Source of the DNA: Candidatus Pacearchaeota archaeon
Lineage (GTDB): Archaea > Nanobdellota > Nanobdellia > Pacearchaeales > GW2011-AR1
Direction of reading: 5' to 3'
Length of the DNA stretch: 64,000 nt
NCBI GenBank assembly: GCA_016866975.1
Contig: VGKP01000001.1
Coordinates: 34,013 to 98,012 of the forward strand
Shown here piece by piece: positions 59,170-64,000 of the stretch; positions within the stretch are counted from its first letter, which is position 1; every line of letters starts with the position of its first letter. Made by a program: the position numbers and the translations under genes. A model generated the notes under the pieces. The model worked only from the letters and a program-made list of their open reading frames with translations, ran no database searches and was not told the DNA's origin.

Positions 59170-61083
59170 TTACTCCATTGGTGCGCCAGAAAGGCGGTTT
59201 CTGCCTGCTATCTGACCGCCTAATTCTACAGGAAGACCTGAGAAACCTGCGCCATATATGCTATGGTGAATGTCTGGGTTGAAACCGTATCCTGAGAAAT
59301 AACCTGAACTTGCGAAGGCTGCCTGATTCCATGCGGGAGCCATTTGCATGCTATATAAGGGAGACCCGAATGCGGCTAGAGTCTCTCTAAAAGGTGTTGT
59401 CTTGAAATCCTTGAACCAACCTCCAGTCTCTATTATTTTTTTTGCTTTCTTAAAATTCTCATCCAATGATAAAATCTCTTTCGTAGCCACATTACCCATA
59501 CCCATAGGAAGCTCAGTATGTTCGAGGCCAAAATTGTCTGAGAGATGAACGTGCTTTACATGCGGGGCGATTATTTTTGCTTCTTCAATTGTATCTTTTT
59601 TGCTGTAACCAAATTTCCTTATCATATTTATATGGCCTACATCCCACGTGGCACCTATAATTTTCTTTGCTTGCTCTCTTGCTTGTTTTTCAGAGAGATT
59701 AAGTTCTGAAACTGCTTTCTCGACAAACTTATCCTGGCTCTTTTCAATCAAGTTCCTTAGATCTTTGGCCCTATCAAATGCTGTCGTGCCTGCTGGAGGA
59801 TTCTCTATGCTGATTATAGGGGTTGTGTTCTTAGGCTTGCCATGAGCAAATTCCTTATAAGCATTGAAAGCCACGTTAGAAAAAGTGTCTGAGGCTTTGT
59901 CCAGAGCAAACTCAGTAAGAGGCTTTCTTGTCTCTGGAGGACTTATACTGCGCAATATATTGACACCCTTCAATATCTCATCCCCGAGTTTATCTATCTC
60001 TTGAGGCTTATCCAACTTATTCACTACTTGTGATATCTCTTTTTTGAATGCTTCGAGCATCTCCAGGTCTTTCCTAGCCCTTTCTTTTCGCTGATCATCA
60101 TTAGATTTGGAATTTCTTTCTGCCGCCCCATATGCCTGATTGAAGAGATTCTTAAGATCACTATAAGCGTCCCTGAGATAGATGTCGCCATGTGCAATCT
60201 CCTGAATTTTTTTAGTTACGACTTTCTCATAAGCTGGCCCTAGAGCACTTATTTCTTTCTGCGTTTTAACGTCTCCATACTTTTCATAATATGTAAGGAG
60301 TGCTTCCGGCTTTTCCAGAACTTTCTTCTCTTCAAGATCTTTTGATTCCAGAGGATGGAGGGCATGGTCTACTATCTGCTTTCCTTGATAAGCATGATAA
60401 CTTAATCCTTGAAGCTTTTTAGTCCATTCTTCTTTATTGGCCTTTTTAAGTTCATCATCAATTTTCTTAGCATCACCCACATCCCTTTCTTCTCCTGGAA
60501 AATATCTTTTTTCTGCAAGGGAGATGTTTGAAAATGAACCAGTAGATTCATCTGCAACCATGATTGACATTGTCTTTTCTTTCTTCTCCTTCTCATCCCA
60601 AATCTTTGTCTCTGGTTGCAATGAAGTTACTCCTGAATGGAAAGTGACTACTATGTTTCCGTCTGGGTTTACCTGATGGGCTCTTTGCACGGCACTCAAC
60701 ATCTTCTTCTCAGATTCAACTCTTTGTGATTCATCCCAACCTTGCCTTGTTATACCCGTAGGCTCTACAAGTGGGCCATGGAAAGTGAGGTCTACACCTG
60801 TAAGCTTCCTAAGACGATTTATTTCATCAAGATGCTGTTTTGGAATATAATCCAGAGCCTCCATCTGAATGGCAGTGATCTCAATGCCCTTGATACCTGT
60901 GGATATCTTGTCAGAGACTGCCTTAAGTTGATTGCTTGTCCTTGGATCTGTAGTTGCTCCTAATGATCCTGCAGAGACAGTGTAATTGGGCATAGTGTCA
61001 GATTGACCATAATCTTTTGTTATATTCGCCCCTACATCTAAGGGATACTGCCCGCCAGGATAGAATGTATGTTCGCCTCCCAT
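59170..61083 (-). CDS. Xylose-isomerase-like TIM-barrel protein split by a charged coiled-coil insertion of about 300 aa
   Basis: The C-terminal PHVKHVHLSDNFG matches the HxHxxD pattern of sugar-phosphate isomerase/epimerase TIM barrels. N-terminal barrel strands are present and the central region is K/E-rich. Confidence 0.4.
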   Translation of the reverse strand: MGGEHTFYPGGQYPLDVGANITKDYGQSDTMPNYTVSAGSLGATTDPRTSNQLKAVSDKISTGIKGIEITAIQMEALDYIPKQHLDEINRLRKLTGVDLTFHGPLVEPTGITRQGWDESQRVESEKKMLSAVQRAHQVNPDGNIVVTFHSGVTSLQPETKIWDEKEKKEKTMSIMVADESTGSFSNISLAEKRYFPGEERDVGDAKKIDDELKKANKEEWTKKLQGLSYHAYQGKQIVDHALHPLESKDLEEKKVLEKPEALLTYYEKYGDVKTQKEISALGPAYEKVVTKKIQEIAHGDIYLRDAYSDLKNLFNQAYGAAERNSKSNDDQRKERARKDLEMLEAFKKEISQVVNKLDKPQEIDKLGDEILKGVNILRSISPPETRKPLTEFALDKASDTFSNVAFNAYKEFAHGKPKNTTPIISIENPPAGTTAFDRAKDLRNLIEKSQDKFVEKAVSELNLSEKQAREQAKKIIGATWDVGHINMIRKFGYSKKDTIEEAKIIAPHVKHVHLSDNFGLEHTELPMGMGNVATKEILSLDENFKKAKKIIETGGWFKDFKTTPFRETLAAFGSPLYSMQMAPAWNQAAFASSGYFSGYGFNPDIHHSIYGAGFSGLPVELGGQIAGRNRLSGAPME

Positions 61084-61122
61084 GATTATTCTAAGGAAAA
61101 GGTTTATTTAAATCCTTACAAG

Positions 61123-61617
61123 TCAAACTTCCCAGGGATATCGCCTTCTAGAATCTCTTTTTTCAGGAGATTTAGAAAGATCATAGTTCTTCTCATCATT
61201 CATTGATTGGCCCCTTATGCCTTGTATATCTTGGCCTCTATTCAATGGATTCCTGCCAAATGTAATGTCCTGAGGTATCACTGTGGCAGCAGTATTCTGA
61301 GCTTGATATTTTCTTCCCGCCTGTACAGCTGTCTGTGCGTACCATCGCTTTACTTCCTGAGAATCTTCTTGAGGATTTTGCTGGAGGGCTGTGTTTCCTG
61401 CCCTAGGAGATGCTTGTGGTTGGACCGGTGACGGCCTTATCATCATAGGGCTTGTCCCAGATGGCATAGAAATAATCTCTCTTTCTACTTCCTCTTCTCT
61501 TCTCTCAAGACCTGAGGGTCTTTGCGATTGATGCTCTTCTTTGGGAATCTGCCTTATTATCTTGACCTTGGCCGCCAACTCTTTTATTACCACTTTCTTT
61601 TTCCCTTTCTGGACCAT
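61123..61617 (-). CDS. Hypothetical low-complexity protein
   Basis: The 164 aa product is P/Q/S-rich. Confidence 0.3.
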   Translation of the reverse strand: MVQKGKKKVVIKELAAKVKIIRQIPKEEHQSQRPSGLERREEEVEREIISMPSGTSPMMIRPSPVQPQASPRAGNTALQQNPQEDSQEVKRWYAQTAVQAGRKYQAQNTAATVIPQDITFGRNPLNRGQDIQGIRGQSMNDEKNYDLSKSPEKRDSRRRYPWEV

Positions 61618-61658
61618 GATTTAACGAGGACAAGCAAGTAAATAAATGTTATTAGTCT

Positions 61659-63206
61659 TCAGAAGGTTGGCATATTATGGGCGCTCTTGTAAAGGCCATA
61701 TATTTTGCGACATTCTTTCCTAGCCTTTATTATAACTTGTGAACGCAGGACTGCCTCTAGATCGCTGTCTGGTTTAATCTCTCCTTTTTTATCTTTCTTC
61801 TCCTCTTCCTTCTTTTTCTTTCCAAAAAGGTCTTTCCATGCTTCAACTAGTGCTGAGAAAGGATTGCCTAAGTCTTTCTTTTCTTCCTTCTTCTCCTTTT
61901 TATTATCTTCTTCTAGGAATTCATTTATCTCCTCCTGTATCTGGGAAAGGCTTTCTGATGTAGCTCCTTCTATTAACGCAAATGTGTCGTCCAAATCATC
62001 CTTGTCCACTTCTTTTTTTAGGATGTCTATCTCTTCGTCATTAAGAGAGTAGCTTGTGAACTCTATCTCAACCTTTCCCCTGTAGCCGTAACCCTGCTGT
62101 CCCGCTCTCTCTGGAATGCTTCTGAACCTGAACTGAACAACGACAATTGTCCTTGGTTGCCTTATGTTCTTGTTGCTGAAAATCTTTGGAAGATTGCCCC
62201 TAATTATCTCATCTCCTACCTTGTATTCTCCTTCTGCAACTATCAATAGTTCGAACATGGCAGTATTAAATACAGTCACAATATTGGCGTCTGGAGACAT
62301 TCTCTGTTCAAGAGCCCTGGCAGCCTTAAGGTAAGGTTTTGCCCAATGCGCGTAGAGCTTAACTGCATTCACCTGGCTCTTCAGGTAAGTCTTCTCAATC
62401 TCATATCTCTTCCTCAACTCTTTATCTGACTCTTTGACCCATAAGAAAAATTCATAGACCCTTTGCTGTACAATTCGCCTGACTCTTTCATTAAGGTCGA
62501 GGCCGCCTTTGTCTGAAGGCTTTGCCACATCATCAGCAGACTCAGCAGACATGAATGCATCAATCAATGTAACATAATCGTACTGCTGAGCCATCATCTT
62601 TAGACCAGTATTGCCTCTCTTTGCATCAACTGTGTCCATCCAGACTTGCTTAAGCGACAAGAGTGCCGCATTTTTTTCTGCCTTGCTCTTGGCATCCTTG
62701 TATGTGTCGTAAAGGCCGAGACGAAGCCTGAATTCCTTGAGATCGTAGACTATGTTCAAAATAGATTTCAGAACATTATTTGCATCACCAAGAAGTTTAA
62801 GGCCCTGGTTCTGCATAGTAGTGGCCTTCATCCCAAACTCTGAGAAGTGGCTTGAACCTGGAGAAGAGACAAAATTGTCTACAAGCTTATGGACATCCCT
62901 AATATCATCTAACTCTTTATTGATTGTATCTATTACCCAGAAGTATATCGCTTCCAATGATTCACTTGATGCGTCGTATGTCAATTTGTGCTTTTCTATT
63001 GGATTTCCATGCCCTGGTTTTTTGAAAGGGTTTTCGTACGCGATATCGTCAAAATTCATAAACTCTGACTTTAGTGGCTTTGCCTTCTTTGCTGCTTCTC
63101 TGATGCCTTTCTCTTTCTTAGTCTCCTTGACTTCTTTCTTTTTCTCAGAGTCACAATAAATATCGGGATTTATTGCTGCTATAAGATTATGGATATCTAG
63201 TGCCAC
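61659..63206 (-). CDS. Hypothetical protein
   Basis: The 515 aa protein has K/E-rich termini and a central region (VVQFRFRSIPERAGQQGYGYRGKVEIEF) of unknown fold. Confidence 0.35.
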   Translation of the reverse strand: MALDIHNLIAAINPDIYCDSEKKKEVKETKKEKGIREAAKKAKPLKSEFMNFDDIAYENPFKKPGHGNPIEKHKLTYDASSESLEAIYFWVIDTINKELDDIRDVHKLVDNFVSSPGSSHFSEFGMKATTMQNQGLKLLGDANNVLKSILNIVYDLKEFRLRLGLYDTYKDAKSKAEKNAALLSLKQVWMDTVDAKRGNTGLKMMAQQYDYVTLIDAFMSAESADDVAKPSDKGGLDLNERVRRIVQQRVYEFFLWVKESDKELRKRYEIEKTYLKSQVNAVKLYAHWAKPYLKAARALEQRMSPDANIVTVFNTAMFELLIVAEGEYKVGDEIIRGNLPKIFSNKNIRQPRTIVVVQFRFRSIPERAGQQGYGYRGKVEIEFTSYSLNDEEIDILKKEVDKDDLDDTFALIEGATSESLSQIQEEINEFLEEDNKKEKKEEKKDLGNPFSALVEAWKDLFGKKKKEEEKKDKKGEIKPDSDLEAVLRSQVIIKARKECRKIYGLYKSAHNMPTF

Positions 63207-63333
63207 CTAAGACACCTCCGGTTTTGTGGTACAACTTCCCCTCTTTCATTAAGCAGTATAGACAGAGGTTTATTTAAATGTTTAGAGAGAAGATTTATAA
63301 ATAAGTTCCACGTATTGATGCTGAGGTTGATGC

Positions 63334-64000
63334 ATGAATATACTTCAGTGGCGTTGTTTGCAATTATCTATCTTGTTCTTATTGTCTATCCTCATTAGTT
63401 TATCTGTTGTAAGCTTTACTAGTGCTGCTGTTAGCTGTGACGTGGCAGTCAGCAGGACAACGGTGCTGCCCACAGATTTTACAGAACAACAGAAAACTGC
63501 ACGCACCCTGGTCTTTGGGGAAGCCCTTGGACAGTTCAGTGAGACCAGTGTGCCTTCGGTCATGGTTGATTGCAATGCAAAAAATATTGAACCCAAGCCA
63601 TTGGAAAAAAATGTCAAGGCCAGAGTCACATATTCTGCGACATCGTTATCCTACCGTGCTGATTGTTATTATCCTAGACCTAAAATTGATACAACCTATA
63701 CTGTGGGAGCGACTTTGTTACCTGATAGTGTGCCTTGCGTGCTTTCAGTTGAAAGCGGGACCATAACTACACCTGGCTCGGGACAGGAAGACCAGAAAAC
63801 AACACCTATAGAATGTGGAATTGCGGGAGCCAAGGTTTGTGAGAGCGGATATAAATGTAAACATCCTGCTGTACCTGATGGATATGGAAAATGCACTACC
63901 TGTCCGCAAGGAACTACGCCTAAAGATGGAAAGTGTGTAGGAGATTCTAAAGGAGATATTAAAAAAGGTGGAGAAGATACTTCTGGATTGGTATGCTTGG
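63334..64000 (+). CDS. Secreted Cys-rich protein. It runs off the 3' end of the window and is not in the ORF track.
   Basis: Start is the ATG at 63334-63336. It has an N-terminal signal peptide (LQLSILFLLSILISLSVVSFTSAAVS) and a stop-free frame to the window end, with multiple CxxC/CK motifs. Confidence 0.5.
   Translation, partial: MNILQWRCLQLSILFLLSILISLSVVSFTSAAVSCDVAVSRTTVLPTDFTEQQKTARTLVFGEALGQFSETSVPSVMVDCNAKNIEPKPLEKNVKARVTYSATSLSYRADCYYPRPKIDTTYTVGATLLPDSVPCVLSVESGTITTPGSGQEDQKTTPIECGIAGAKVCESGYKCKHPAVPDGYGKCTTCPQGTTPKDGKCVGDSKGDIKKGGEDTSGLVCL

Noticed and set aside
63345-63896. Minus-strand ORFs 63345..63629 and 63696..63896 and plus ORF 63422..63766
   Set aside because: They are superseded by a longer stop-free plus-strand frame from the ATG at 63334 that encodes a signal peptide and a Cys-rich secreted protein and runs off the window.

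Overview
This looks like a low-GC archaeal genome fragment. Eukaryote/archaeal-type ribosomal proteins (L35Ae, L10e), a thermosome subunit, an intron-containing tRNA and TATA-box promoters with short leaders support an archaeal origin. The organism also carries many bacterial-type genes: groES/groEL, nrdR, type-I GAPDH, class-II FBA, zwf and an RRM protein. A DPANN-like or methanogen-like archaeon is therefore my inference. Most of the window is housekeeping: central carbon metabolism (pgk, gap, fba, a PfkB kinase, zwf, prs, ppsA), chaperones, a class-II ribonucleotide reductase split by a LAGLIDADG intein at the catalytic Cys, an ABC transporter, thioredoxin, and four tRNAs (His, Lys with intron, Gly, Val x2). 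Accessory content includes an IS4/IS5-superfamily IS with intact 9-bp target duplications, a vapBC pair with a palindromic operator, a DpnI-like methyl-directed restriction-enzyme candidate beside the tRNA cluster, and two paralogous nucleotidyltransferase-domain proteins. The most notable feature is a tightly overlapping five-gene operon (29568..37621, minus strand) wedged between the gap-pgk cluster and the fba/PfkB/2-hydroxyacid-dehydrogenase cluster. It encodes a 1037-aa SNF2-type helicase fused to a class-I SAM methyltransferase domain, a 546-aa coiled-coil protein and three proteins with no recognisable motifs. I propose it as a candidate undescribed system, possibly defence or nucleic-acid surveillance. 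A second notable feature is a ~115-bp double-hairpin repeat family (four copies) whose stems are kept by compensatory changes. Every copy lies in sense orientation just 3' of a gene and ends in a T-run, and one copy has interrupted a gene in frame. A third is a short array of direct repeats of the tRNA-Gly 3' end downstream of that tRNA.
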